From NCBI GenBank assembly GCA_964619545.1, contig CAZUED010000003.1, positions 163 through 64,162 on the forward strand: a stretch of 64,000 bases of DNA. Reading direction: 5' to 3'. The notes beneath the pieces are model-generated. The model saw only the letters and a list, made by a program, of their open reading frames with translations, ran no database searches and had not been told where the DNA came from. This document shows, piece after piece, positions 38,241 through 46,944 of this stretch. The position numbers were made by a program, and so were the translations under genes. Each line of letters starts with the position of its first letter. Position 1 is the first letter of the stretch. This DNA comes from an uncultured Muribaculaceae bacterium. Lineage in GTDB: Bacteria; Pseudomonadota; Alphaproteobacteria; Rs-D84.

Positions 38241-38316
38241 GGGGTTGTAGCTCAGTTGGTAGAGCACTTGCATGGCATGCAAGGGGTCGTCGGTTCGAGT
38301 CCGATCAGCTCCACCA
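38241..38316 (+). tRNA. trnA: tRNA-Ala (anticodon GGC)
   Basis: folded by hand: acceptor GGGGTTG/CAGCTCC with the G3:U70 Ala identity pair, anticodon loop ATGGCAT, encoded CCA. Confidence 0.88.
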
Positions 38317-38355
38317 TGTTTTTTGAAAGACAAAAAATAATAAAAAGGTTCAGCT

Positions 38356-39048
38356 ATGAAAATAACGTCTTTATTTGATGTTCTTTCGCAGATTGGTAAA
38401 CCTGATTCAGGAAATCAAGATTATTTTTTTGCAAAACAAAGCTTTAATAGTTTCGACAGTTTTATAGTCGTAGGTGTTGGTCATAAATCAAGAATTTCCA
38501 ACATAGATAATTTCCGTACTTTTGATAATTATGTTTTAGATCATTTATATAAGTTTAACTTGGATTCATACGAATTAGTCGAAGAAATAGAAAAACATAA
38601 AATACATAAAAGAAGCATTTGTAAATCGCCAGAGAAAGAAGATACGTATTTCATGGGTGCGATAGAGGTTAAGGCTTTTAAGCAGCATCTTGAGATGGGA
38701 AATGGATTGTTAAGAAAATTCCCACAGATAGATAAAAAAATCATTCCTAATGGAATTGGTAAAAAATTTCATTTTTTTACGGATTTCCCAACTGATGATT
38801 ATTTAAGCGAAATGCCGTTCTTCCCAGGAATTGGGAAGGGTACTTTTGCATATTTTCAACCAGAAAACAAAGAAGAGTTACTTAATCAAATGCGCAATCT
38901 GGATGAATGGGTAGGGCGAAAGAAATCCATAACAGAAGAAGAGTTTGCATACGTAAAAAATTATAAAGAGTATTTGAATAAACGTGGCAAGAATTTACAA
39001 CAAAATGTAAATATGCCGGGAATGTTGGATGGACGTAGGGAAAAGTAA
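38356..39048 (+). CDS. hypothetical protein (230 aa, AT-rich orphan)
   Basis: intact ORF between tRNA-Ala and tRNA-His, visibly more AT-rich than its neighbours; no family recognised. Confidence 0.5.
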   Translation: MKITSLFDVLSQIGKPDSGNQDYFFAKQSFNSFDSFIVVGVGHKSRISNIDNFRTFDNYVLDHLYKFNLDSYELVEEIEKHKIHKRSICKSPEKEDTYFMGAIEVKAFKQHLEMGNGLLRKFPQIDKKIIPNGIGKKFHFFTDFPTDDYLSEMPFFPGIGKGTFAYFQPENKEELLNQMRNLDEWVGRKKSITEEEFAYVKNYKEYLNKRGKNLQQNVNMPGMLDGRREK

Positions 39049-39114
39049 GATTGGACTTTTATATATTTTCCTTGAAAATCTAAATTTTGGATGCTAGGCT
39101 TGCAAAGCTTCGAC

Positions 39115-39191
39115 GGCGGATGTAGCTCAGTTGGTAGAGCGCCGGTTTGTGGTACCGGTTGTCGCGGGTTCGAACCCCGTCATTCGCCCCA
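39115..39191 (+). tRNA. trnH: tRNA-His (anticodon GTG) with encoded G-1
   Basis: folded by hand: G-1 opposite C73, acceptor GCGGATG/CATTCGC, anticodon loop TTGTGGT, encoded CCA. Confidence 0.88.
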
Positions 39192-39196
39192 TTATT

Positions 39197-39235
39197 AAAA
39201 AAAACCGCCGCAATTCGCGGCGGTTTTTATTTTTT
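39197..39235 (+). terminator. terminator hairpin; copy 1 of a ~34-nt direct repeat
   Basis: aaaaaaccgccgcaattcgcggcggtttttattt; near-identical copy at 39603-39634. Confidence 0.7.
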
Positions 39236-39311
39236 ACTAGATTTATCATATTTCAAGGGTTAATATGCTCGACCCAATAATTATAAGAAATAAAAAATAA
39301 AAGAGATAGAA

Positions 39312-39587
39312 ATGGCAAAAAATAAAAAAATAGATGGTTTTCGTATGCTTGTGTTAAAGAATGGACTTATAGATTTTAGTTCTACAATGAGTTTTATTTG
39401 TTTAAATTGTTCAAAGGGACAATGCGCAGGTGAATGTGAAAAAATAAAAGAGATTAAAAAAATTGAAGATATTAAAATTCAAGAAAATGATGAATTGAGT
39501 AAGGGCGATATTATATTTGATAATAGTGGTCGACTTATGAGTGTTATGAATAAGCTTTTAAATGAAAAATTACAAAATCAAAAGTAA
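39312..39587 (+). CDS. hypothetical protein (91 aa) with a CxxCxxxxCxxxC cluster
   Basis: very AT-rich ORF bracketed by the duplicated hairpin repeat; CLNCSKGQCAGEC. Confidence 0.4.
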   Translation: MAKNKKIDGFRMLVLKNGLIDFSSTMSFICLNCSKGQCAGECEKIKEIKKIEDIKIQENDELSKGDIIFDNSGRLMSVMNKLLNEKLQNQK

Positions 39588-39602
39588 TAAATAACAGCTA
39601 TT

Positions 39603-39634
39603 AAAAAACCGCCGCAATCCGCGGCGGTTTTTAT
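39603..39634. terminator. terminator hairpin; copy 2 of the direct repeat (also serves ispA)
   Basis: aaaaaaccgccgcaatccgcggcggtttttattt, one mismatch to copy 1; abuts the ispA stop at 39635. Confidence 0.7.
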
Positions 39635-40519
39635 TTATGACTCTCGGGTAATCATATAATCCATCAACTCTCGCAAATCGTCTGCGCGGTTATCAAAAAT
39701 GCTTAAGGCTGACTTTGCATCAACCGCAAATTGCCGGGCGTACTTTCTTGCGCCGTCCAATCCGTACAGCGAAATGTATGTTGCTTTGCCCGCCGCATCA
39801 TCTTTGCGCAAAGTTTTACCCACCTTTGATTCGTCGCCAATTGCGTCCAGAATGTCATCGGTAATCTGAAAGCACAATCCCATTGCGTCGGTGAATTTCT
39901 TTAATGCTGCGCGCTGCACATCACTTGCATTTCCCAATGTTGCACCAAACATGGTGCAAGCGTTAAAGATACAACCTGTTTTCAATGATTGAATTTCATT
40001 TACTTCTTCCAATGTTTGAAAGCTTCCCGTTTCAGCCTGAACATCCATCCATTCACCTAACAGCATTCCTTCGGTCATTTGCGAAAGTATACGGGCAAGT
40101 TCCATCCGAGTTTTAAAATTATCAGAAATCTTTTCATCAGTTGCCAGGATAAAGTAAGGACGATTTAACAAATAATCGCCGCCCAGCATTCCATCACACT
40201 CTCCGAATTTAGCCCAAGCAGATGCGCGCCCACGGCGCAGCCGGTCATTATCAATGCAAGGCATATCATCGTGTATTAATGAAAAGTTATGCACCATTTC
40301 AATGCATGCACCAGCCCGCAATGCAGGTTCATAATCAACACCAAACAATTTTGCAGATTGAATACACAAGAAAGTACGCAAACGTTTACCAGCGTCCAAT
40401 GCGGAATAGCGCGCGACATTAGCGGGCGCACCAGTCCAATCGGCACGAGAACTTGGAATCATTTCATCCAATACTTTATCAACATCATTTGCTATGCGTG
40501 AAAGTTCGGTTTTAAGCAT
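39635..40519 (-). CDS. ispA: polyprenyl (farnesyl/geranylgeranyl) diphosphate synthase
   Basis: first and second Asp-rich motifs LIHDDMPCIDNDRLRRG and FQITDDILD. Confidence 0.9.
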   Translation of the reverse strand: MLKTELSRIANDVDKVLDEMIPSSRADWTGAPANVARYSALDAGKRLRTFLCIQSAKLFGVDYEPALRAGACIEMVHNFSLIHDDMPCIDNDRLRRGRASAWAKFGECDGMLGGDYLLNRPYFILATDEKISDNFKTRMELARILSQMTEGMLLGEWMDVQAETGSFQTLEEVNEIQSLKTGCIFNACTMFGATLGNASDVQRAALKKFTDAMGLCFQITDDILDAIGDESKVGKTLRKDDAAGKATYISLYGLDGARKYARQFAVDAKSALSIFDNRADDLRELMDYMITRES

Positions 40520-40536
40520 TTGCCCCCCCTATAATT

Positions 40537-41595
40537 TTAATTCCATCCAAATACTCGTGCAAAATCATTCCACATCGTGAATGCGAACAAAGCCATTATT
40601 AAAATCCAGCCAAATAAAATCACAAAGTCCATACCGCGACCTTGCAATTTTTTACGAATCACACCCTCGACCCCCAGAATTAAAAGATAGCCACCATCCA
40701 AAACCGGCAAAGGCAACAGATTGATGATTGCCAAGTTAACCGACAAAAGTCCGATTATTGACAGCAATGCGAAAATGCCAGAGCTCATGGCTTTGCCGCT
40801 GACCTCGGCAATAGTAATAAAGCTGCCCAATTGTTTGGAAGAACGTTCGCCAGTTATTATTTGCTTTAATACACGGACAAGGGTTTTGCTTTGCACCCAT
40901 GTTTCGCGTGCGCCGCTGTATGCGGCCTGGAAAATGTTTTTCTTTTGTAATTCAGATCTTGTTCCATCCGCGACCAAACCCCATCTGTCACCCGGTGCAA
41001 TTTTAACCTGGACCAGTGATTCGCCGCGAATCAAGACTACATCCGCATCGCGTTTACCAGCCAGTTCTTTACCTAAAATAATTTCACCCCAGTTGGTAAT
41101 TTTCGCACCATCAATTCTTGCAATAGTATCACCTGCACGCACGCCTGCAATAAATGCAGGGCTGCCCTGGATAACCTGACCAACAACTGGCAATTGTACC
41201 ATACGTGGTTTTGCTGCAAACATTGCCGTATAAATTCCCCATGCCAGAAGGAAATTCATGATAACGCCGGCCGCAACAATCAATGCTTGTTTCCAAGCTG
41301 GGACAGAAAGGTAATGACCTTTCTTTTTTGCGGCGGAAAGTTTGGCGTATTTTTTACGATCAAACATATCTTCTTGGCCATATGCCGCGCAATACCCACC
41401 AAGTGGCAAAACAGAAATTTTCCACAATGTGCCATGCTTGTCATGCCATTTAATCAGTGCAGGTCCGAATCCGATAGAAAAAGTATTAACACGAACACCC
41501 GCCCAGCGCGCGGCCAGAAAGTGTCCCAGCTCGTGAATAAATACCACGACACCCAGAACAATCAATAAAGCAATAATCATTAAAAAAATATTCAT
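40537..41595 (-). CDS. rseP: RIP zinc metalloprotease RseP
   Basis: HELGHF, PDZ region, NLLPLPVLDGG. Confidence 0.93.
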   Translation of the reverse strand: MNIFLMIIALLIVLGVVVFIHELGHFLAARWAGVRVNTFSIGFGPALIKWHDKHGTLWKISVLPLGGYCAAYGQEDMFDRKKYAKLSAAKKKGHYLSVPAWKQALIVAAGVIMNFLLAWGIYTAMFAAKPRMVQLPVVGQVIQGSPAFIAGVRAGDTIARIDGAKITNWGEIILGKELAGKRDADVVLIRGESLVQVKIAPGDRWGLVADGTRSELQKKNIFQAAYSGARETWVQSKTLVRVLKQIITGERSSKQLGSFITIAEVSGKAMSSGIFALLSIIGLLSVNLAIINLLPLPVLDGGYLLILGVEGVIRKKLQGRGMDFVILFGWILIMALFAFTMWNDFARVFGWN

Positions 41596-41617
41596 TAAAT
41601 TTTTCCTTACTTATTAT

Positions 41618-42247
41618 TTACAGCATAACCAACCAGACCAATGGCAAAACCAAAATCCAGCCATCAAAGCGATCTATAAATCCACCATGTCCCGGCAGAG
41701 ATTTTCCAAAATCATCAATGCCAATTTTACGTTTCAAAGTACTGGCAATCATTCCTCCGTATTGTGACAGCAAGGAAATTGAAATTCCAATCCACATCAG
41801 CTGGGGCATAAAAGTATCTGTTCCCAGCAAACCATAAAGTACTGCAGCGGCTGTTCCGCATGCGATACCTGCGATTTGTCCGGACCATGTTTTGTTCGGA
41901 GAAACTTTTGGCCACATTTTATCACCGCCTATTTTGCGTCCAAAAAACCAAGCACCTATGTCAGCTGCAGATATAATCAACAACAGCAGTAAAATTATCC
42001 AAGGCCGAGTACCCACAAAATAAGCACTGACACCAACCAAAATCAGCCAAGCGCCAAATGCTACGCGCAATGTGCACAACTTTTTATCCTTTATCTTCAG
42101 CATCATGGTTTCAAGAATCATAATTGCAACAACCAATGGCGCCAAATAACGTACAACAGGAATTCCATAGTGTTCGGCAATCCCCGCGCCCAATGCAGCC
42201 AAGAACATTGCACCGCCGGTTAAAATTCTTTTCAAGGTATTAGTCAT
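41618..42247 (-). CDS. cdsA: phosphatidate cytidylyltransferase
   Basis: signature STLKRKIGIDDFGKSLPGHGGFIDRFDG. Confidence 0.92.
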   Translation of the reverse strand: MTNTLKRILTGGAMFLAALGAGIAEHYGIPVVRYLAPLVVAIMILETMMLKIKDKKLCTLRVAFGAWLILVGVSAYFVGTRPWIILLLLLIISAADIGAWFFGRKIGGDKMWPKVSPNKTWSGQIAGIACGTAAAVLYGLLGTDTFMPQLMWIGISISLLSQYGGMIASTLKRKIGIDDFGKSLPGHGGFIDRFDGWILVLPLVWLVML

Positions 42248-42259
42248 TATATTTTCTCC

Positions 42260-42958
42260 TTATTTTCCAAATCTTCTTTGTCTGTCAGAGTATTCATCCA
42301 GCATTTTCTGAAAATCGCGTTTACCCAGTGCAGGCCAGTATTTTGGATAAAACATCAGCTCGGCATATGCCAGCTTCCACAGCATGAAATTAGAAATGCG
42401 TTGTTCATGACTGGTTCGGACAACCAAATCAATTGGCAATAATTCGCCCGAATCCATAAAACACTCCAAGTCATCTATATTAACAGAATTTCCATCAGCA
42501 ATCGCAGCATTCACAGCGCGTAAAATTTCGTCTTGGCCACCATAATCCAGTGCCATTACGATTGTGCCTGCTGTATTTTCAGATGTTTGTTTTTCTATTT
42601 TCTCAAAAATTTTGATGACTTTCGCAGAAAACCTGTCACGACGCCCTATAATTTTGACACGAATGTTTTTTTTATCAGCGCGGTCCGCATGCTGCTGCAA
42701 TTCTGCCGCTAGTAAATTCATCAAGTATTCTACTTCATTTTTTGGGCGCAGCCAATTTTCCGTAGAAAATAAAAAATAGCTGACCGTTGAAACGCCGCAT
42801 CCAATAAAAAACTCGGCCGACTTATCAACAATGTCAGCGCCCACTTTATATCCTGCAACAGCTGGTATTCCGCGATGCTTTGCCCAGCGGCGATTACCAT
42901 CGCATATAAACGCGATATGCTGTGGTATTTTGAGTTTTTTCTTTTTTATAAAAAACAT
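42260..42958 (-). CDS. uppS: undecaprenyl diphosphate synthase
   Basis: HIAFICDGNRRWA and RTSHEQRISNFMLWKLAYAEL. Confidence 0.94.
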   Translation of the reverse strand: MFFIKKKKLKIPQHIAFICDGNRRWAKHRGIPAVAGYKVGADIVDKSAEFFIGCGVSTVSYFLFSTENWLRPKNEVEYLMNLLAAELQQHADRADKKNIRVKIIGRRDRFSAKVIKIFEKIEKQTSENTAGTIVMALDYGGQDEILRAVNAAIADGNSVNIDDLECFMDSGELLPIDLVVRTSHEQRISNFMLWKLAYAELMFYPKYWPALGKRDFQKMLDEYSDRQRRFGK

Positions 42959-43057
42959 GAACTTTCCTTACTCCGGCAATTTTATATTGTCAAATGGCAA
43001 AAAACAAGTTCTTTTAATCCTTGAAAAGCAAACTATAAATTGCTAGATTGCACAGCG

Positions 43058-45364
43058 ATGAAAAAACCATTATTTGTTATTCTGGGTATATTATCCTTTA
43101 TACCTGTATCTCACGCTGAAATAATTTCGCGGGTGGATGTCGTCGGCAATCGCCGAATGGACGCAGAATCCGTGCGATTACTTGCCGATGTCAAGACTGG
43201 TCAGAACTTGACCACCGAGGGCGTAAATCAGGCTGTAAAGCGTCTGCAGCAGTCTGGCTATTTTTCCAGTGTTCGTGCGCAAATAGATAATGGAGTTCTT
43301 AAAATAAATGTATCGGAATCACCAACTATAGACAAAGTAACAATCGAGGGTAATGACGATATTTCAACAGATGATTTACGAAAAGAACTGCGATTGAAAG
43401 AGCGTGGCACATTCGATGAATCGGTAATTGGCGCAGATGTTCAACGGATTTTGATGGTCTATCAACGTAAGGGATTTTTCGGAACACGTGTAAATCCACA
43501 AAAAATAGAGCAGGCTGATGGCCGCGTAAATGTTGTCTATGAAATTACCGAGGGGCATCCGACTTATGTGAAAGAAATTGATTTTAATGGGAATAAAAAG
43601 TTTTCATCAAGAACACTAAGGGGTGAGTTGCTATCGCGTGAGCATGCTTGGTGGCGCTTTATGTCACAATTTGATGTGTATGACGAAGATCGGATTCAAT
43701 ACGATGCCCAGTTGTTGCGGCAGTTTTACATGCGTAATGGATTTGCCGATGTTCAAGTTAAAATAGCAAGGGGGGCATTTACACCAGATCGTCAGTATTA
43801 TTCTGTTGTTTTCCAAGTAGAAGAGGGTGCGCGTTACAAGGTTGGAACACTGAAAATAGAAAATCCGTTCAAAGATGTTGATAACGAAGATTTGTATGAT
43901 GCATTGAAAATTGGCAAAGGTGACATTTATAATGTTGATCAGGTCGAGGCAACTATCGCTGCATTACGTGGTGTTGTTGCGGGCAGTGGATACTCTTTCA
44001 TAAACGTTGATGTTGTGCCAGAAAAAGATGATTTTGCGCGGACAATTTCTATGACTTTCAAGATTCAGAAAACGAATCGAATTTATTTGGACAGCATAAA
44101 CATACTGGGAAATGTCCGAACATTTGACAGCGTCATAGATCAACAGCTGGGTATTCGTGCAGGCGACCCGTTTTCATTACAGGAAATAGAGGCTGGTCGC
44201 CAAAGAATGATGCGTTCTCGTTATTATAAAGACGTCCAGATGATTCCATCACGCGTTGCAGATGCAAACTTGATGAATTTGGATGTTCAGATTGAAGAAC
44301 AGCCGACCGGTGAATTATCCGGCGGAGTTGGTTGGTCCAGCATCAATGGCTTTATGGTTGATGCAGGAATTACTGAAACTAACTTTATGGGTCGTGGTCA
44401 GATAGTTCAGTTAAAGGGAAGTCTTGCGCAATATACAAAACAAGCCACTTTTAGCTTTACCGAGCCATATCTATTTGGGCGTGAACTTTCCGCCGGATTT
44501 GATGTAAATTACACGGTTTATAATTATGGTAAATTGGGCAGCTATGGATACGATCGGGACAGCATCAGTGTAGCTGGAAGACTGGGGTGGAAACTGACAG
44601 ATCACTGGACCCAGGGATTGCGTTTGTCTGCAATGTATGATCAGAACTATGATTTGCATGCAACCAATGGTTGGCAACAAGCAAATCTGTATACTTTGGG
44701 GACAAATTTCAAGTATCAAAATTTGGATACGGATTTTACGCAAAATACTCATACTGGTGTGGTTGCAAATTTGGGAGTTGCTTATACTGGATTTGGTATC
44801 AGTACAGAACCATTTATGCGATATAACGGCGACATTACTGGTCTGTTGAATTTCTTTGATAACAGGTGGCAGTTAAAATCAAGTTTGGAATTTGGATATG
44901 TTCAACCACTGGATGGCGATTATATCAGTCGCGTGTATCGTTATTTCTTGGGCGGTGAATCTTTACGTGGTTTCCAAATTGCCGGGATGGGTTCCAGAAA
45001 TTGGGCTTATCAGAATTATGCGCTGGGTGGATTATGGAAGGCAAATGGCAGTACCCAATTAAATTTCCCGGTATTTATTCCTGATGAATACCAGGTTAAG
45101 GGTTTTGTCTTTGCGGACTATGGTATGGTTGGCAAGCCACCAAAAGATGAGTATAAATACCGTCCAACAATAGGGTATTCCTGTCCAGCATCAAACCCAG
45201 GATGTGATAACTTTATCGATCAGGATTTACGCACTAGCGTTGGTGTTGGCGTGTATTGGAATACACCGATGGGGCCGATGAATTTTTCATGGGGTTGGCC
45301 GCTGAAGCTGAATGAATACGACCGAGAACAAAGATTTTTGCTATCATTTGAAACTCAGTTTTAA
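43058..45364 (+). CDS. bamA: outer membrane protein assembly factor BamA
   Basis: signal peptide from the ATG at 43058, POTRA repeats, Omp85 barrel ending ...FETQF. Confidence 0.93.
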   Translation: MKKPLFVILGILSFIPVSHAEIISRVDVVGNRRMDAESVRLLADVKTGQNLTTEGVNQAVKRLQQSGYFSSVRAQIDNGVLKINVSESPTIDKVTIEGNDDISTDDLRKELRLKERGTFDESVIGADVQRILMVYQRKGFFGTRVNPQKIEQADGRVNVVYEITEGHPTYVKEIDFNGNKKFSSRTLRGELLSREHAWWRFMSQFDVYDEDRIQYDAQLLRQFYMRNGFADVQVKIARGAFTPDRQYYSVVFQVEEGARYKVGTLKIENPFKDVDNEDLYDALKIGKGDIYNVDQVEATIAALRGVVAGSGYSFINVDVVPEKDDFARTISMTFKIQKTNRIYLDSINILGNVRTFDSVIDQQLGIRAGDPFSLQEIEAGRQRMMRSRYYKDVQMIPSRVADANLMNLDVQIEEQPTGELSGGVGWSSINGFMVDAGITETNFMGRGQIVQLKGSLAQYTKQATFSFTEPYLFGRELSAGFDVNYTVYNYGKLGSYGYDRDSISVAGRLGWKLTDHWTQGLRLSAMYDQNYDLHATNGWQQANLYTLGTNFKYQNLDTDFTQNTHTGVVANLGVAYTGFGISTEPFMRYNGDITGLLNFFDNRWQLKSSLEFGYVQPLDGDYISRVYRYFLGGESLRGFQIAGMGSRNWAYQNYALGGLWKANGSTQLNFPVFIPDEYQVKGFVFADYGMVGKPPKDEYKYRPTIGYSCPASNPGCDNFIDQDLRTSVGVGVYWNTPMGPMNFSWGWPLKLNEYDREQRFLLSFETQF

Positions 45365-45423
45365 GCTTGACTATCCGCGTTAAAATTCTTTATAATTTTT
45401 GATGAAAAGATAAAGGTGGGAAG

Positions 45424-45570
45424 ATGAAAAAAATTCTTTTGGGTTTGTTGGTTGTTTTCGCATTGGCTGGATGCGGGCAAGTTTATGATCGTGAACCAGT
45501 TGGTGTCGGATTTGACAATAATGAATTAAAATTATCTCCTTGCGCATGCATGCAGGTCTATCGCGCATAA
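45424..45570 (+). CDS. small lipoprotein (48 aa, below the ORF-track cutoff); VirB7-like candidate by position
   Basis: MKKILLGLLVVFALAGCGQVYDREPVGVGFDNNELKLSPCACMQVYRA: lipobox LAGC, SD aaaggtggg, extra Cys pair, 12 nt upstream of a VirB8-fold gene. Confidence 0.6.
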   Translation: MKKILLGLLVVFALAGCGQVYDREPVGVGFDNNELKLSPCACMQVYRA

Positions 45571-45582
45571 AGGCGCGAACTG

Positions 45583-46275
45583 GTGAGCGTCATGGATTTT
45601 CCGGCAGATTATGATACAAAGATGTTTCCGGAAACACGCTACCTTGGGATGGCGCGGGCTTTTGCGATTTGGTCCGCGATTTTGTTTTTATTAATTGCTG
45701 GACTTTCTTGGGCATTGGTTTGGACGATGCGTGCCAGCAGGGTAGAACCTGTTTTGGTTTCAATTTCTGCCGATGGTGCAACTTGGACGGCAGTATTGGA
45801 CGGAACAGGTCGCTTAAATTATTCTGTATCGCGCGCAATGCAAGAGGCAACAGTCGGAAAATTCACAAAACTTTGGTTCAGTATTTCGCGTGATGCAAAA
45901 GAAAATGAATCTAACTGGTGTCAATGCGAACAAACAAAATGTTGGGATGACGATGCGGCTGCGCCGCAGTGCAAAGTTTGTTGCGCTTCGGGCACCAGTT
46001 TATTTTCTAATTTCTTACAAGTTGTGAATGGTGACTTTCGTGAGCGGGCCGCGGCCGGCGAAGAATGGTCGATTGTTTCTGATTCGATTCGTGCAACACC
46101 TGTGGGTGAAATCTCTGACAATGGTGGATTATGGCGTGTTACTGCCAGTGTGAAAATGGGCGCGGGTCGGACGCAAAAGATAGAGGCGTTTGCACGTATC
46201 ATCAAAGCATCCGAAGGCTATCCATCAACAATGGGTTATTATGTCGCAGATTTTCATGCATATCCCGGGGAATAA
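45583..46275 (+). CDS. VirB8-fold bitopic membrane protein with a Cys-rich insert
   Basis: N-tail, TM (FAIWSAILFLLIAGLSWALVW), RVEPVLVSISADG..., terminal EGYPSTMGYYVADFHAY resembling the VirB8 NPLGxxV motif; insert WCQCEQTKCWDDDAAAPQCKVCC. Confidence 0.6.
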   Translation: MSVMDFPADYDTKMFPETRYLGMARAFAIWSAILFLLIAGLSWALVWTMRASRVEPVLVSISADGATWTAVLDGTGRLNYSVSRAMQEATVGKFTKLWFSISRDAKENESNWCQCEQTKCWDDDAAAPQCKVCCASGTSLFSNFLQVVNGDFRERAAAGEEWSIVSDSIRATPVGEISDNGGLWRVTASVKMGAGRTQKIEAFARIIKASEGYPSTMGYYVADFHAYPGE

Positions 46276-46283
46276 AAAATTAA

Positions 46284-46934
46284 ATGAAAACACTAGTATC
46301 ATTTTTTTTCGGAATTATTTTGATGGCTTTGGTCTTGGCTATTGCACTAACGGGCGGCAAGTCATTTGATGCCAGTCGAAATTTTTCTATAAATTCTGTA
46401 ATTTTTCAGCCTGCGGATTTATCGCGAGATCGGATTGAAAAGCCAATACCACTGGATGTTTTATCAGACGAGTTTGTGCGCGACAGCCTGATAAAAAAAT
46501 TTGTGAACGAGTATTTTTACATAGCGCCAGATAGCTTTGATATGGCGCGTCGTAGAAGAACAGACAGCACACTTGCAAGAATGTCCGATCCCGCAGTATT
46601 TGATCAATGGAATGAAAAGTTTGCCGAAGATATGGAAAATCTGGCAGATCAAAATGTAATGCGTCGGGTTATTGTAAATAGCATTAATCTGCCAGCTAAC
46701 AGCGAGTATTTCCAAGTGTCATATGACTTGCTGACATGGGATGTTGCGAACGACATCACTCGTCAGCCATTAATCCAAAAAAACAAATCAATGTCTGTTC
46801 GATTGGATTTCGAAAAAGGGGTTCGGCAACAGCAAACAAACGGCGCACGTTTTGATGTAAAAAAATATTTGGTTGATGGTGGTGATCCTGCTACAATTTT
46901 CAGATTCCGAGTGTTGGAAGTAGTTGTGAAATAA
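46284..46934 (+). CDS. VirB8-fold bitopic membrane protein (second paralogue)
   Basis: N-terminal TM, SLIKKFVNEYFYI (compare FIKEYIRARNEI in 17877-18530), YFQVSYDLLTWDV, terminal DPATIFRFRVLEVVV. Confidence 0.55.
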   Translation: MKTLVSFFFGIILMALVLAIALTGGKSFDASRNFSINSVIFQPADLSRDRIEKPIPLDVLSDEFVRDSLIKKFVNEYFYIAPDSFDMARRRRTDSTLARMSDPAVFDQWNEKFAEDMENLADQNVMRRVIVNSINLPANSEYFQVSYDLLTWDVANDITRQPLIQKNKSMSVRLDFEKGVRQQQTNGARFDVKKYLVDGGDPATIFRFRVLEVVVK

Positions 46935-46944
46935 GGGATAAATA

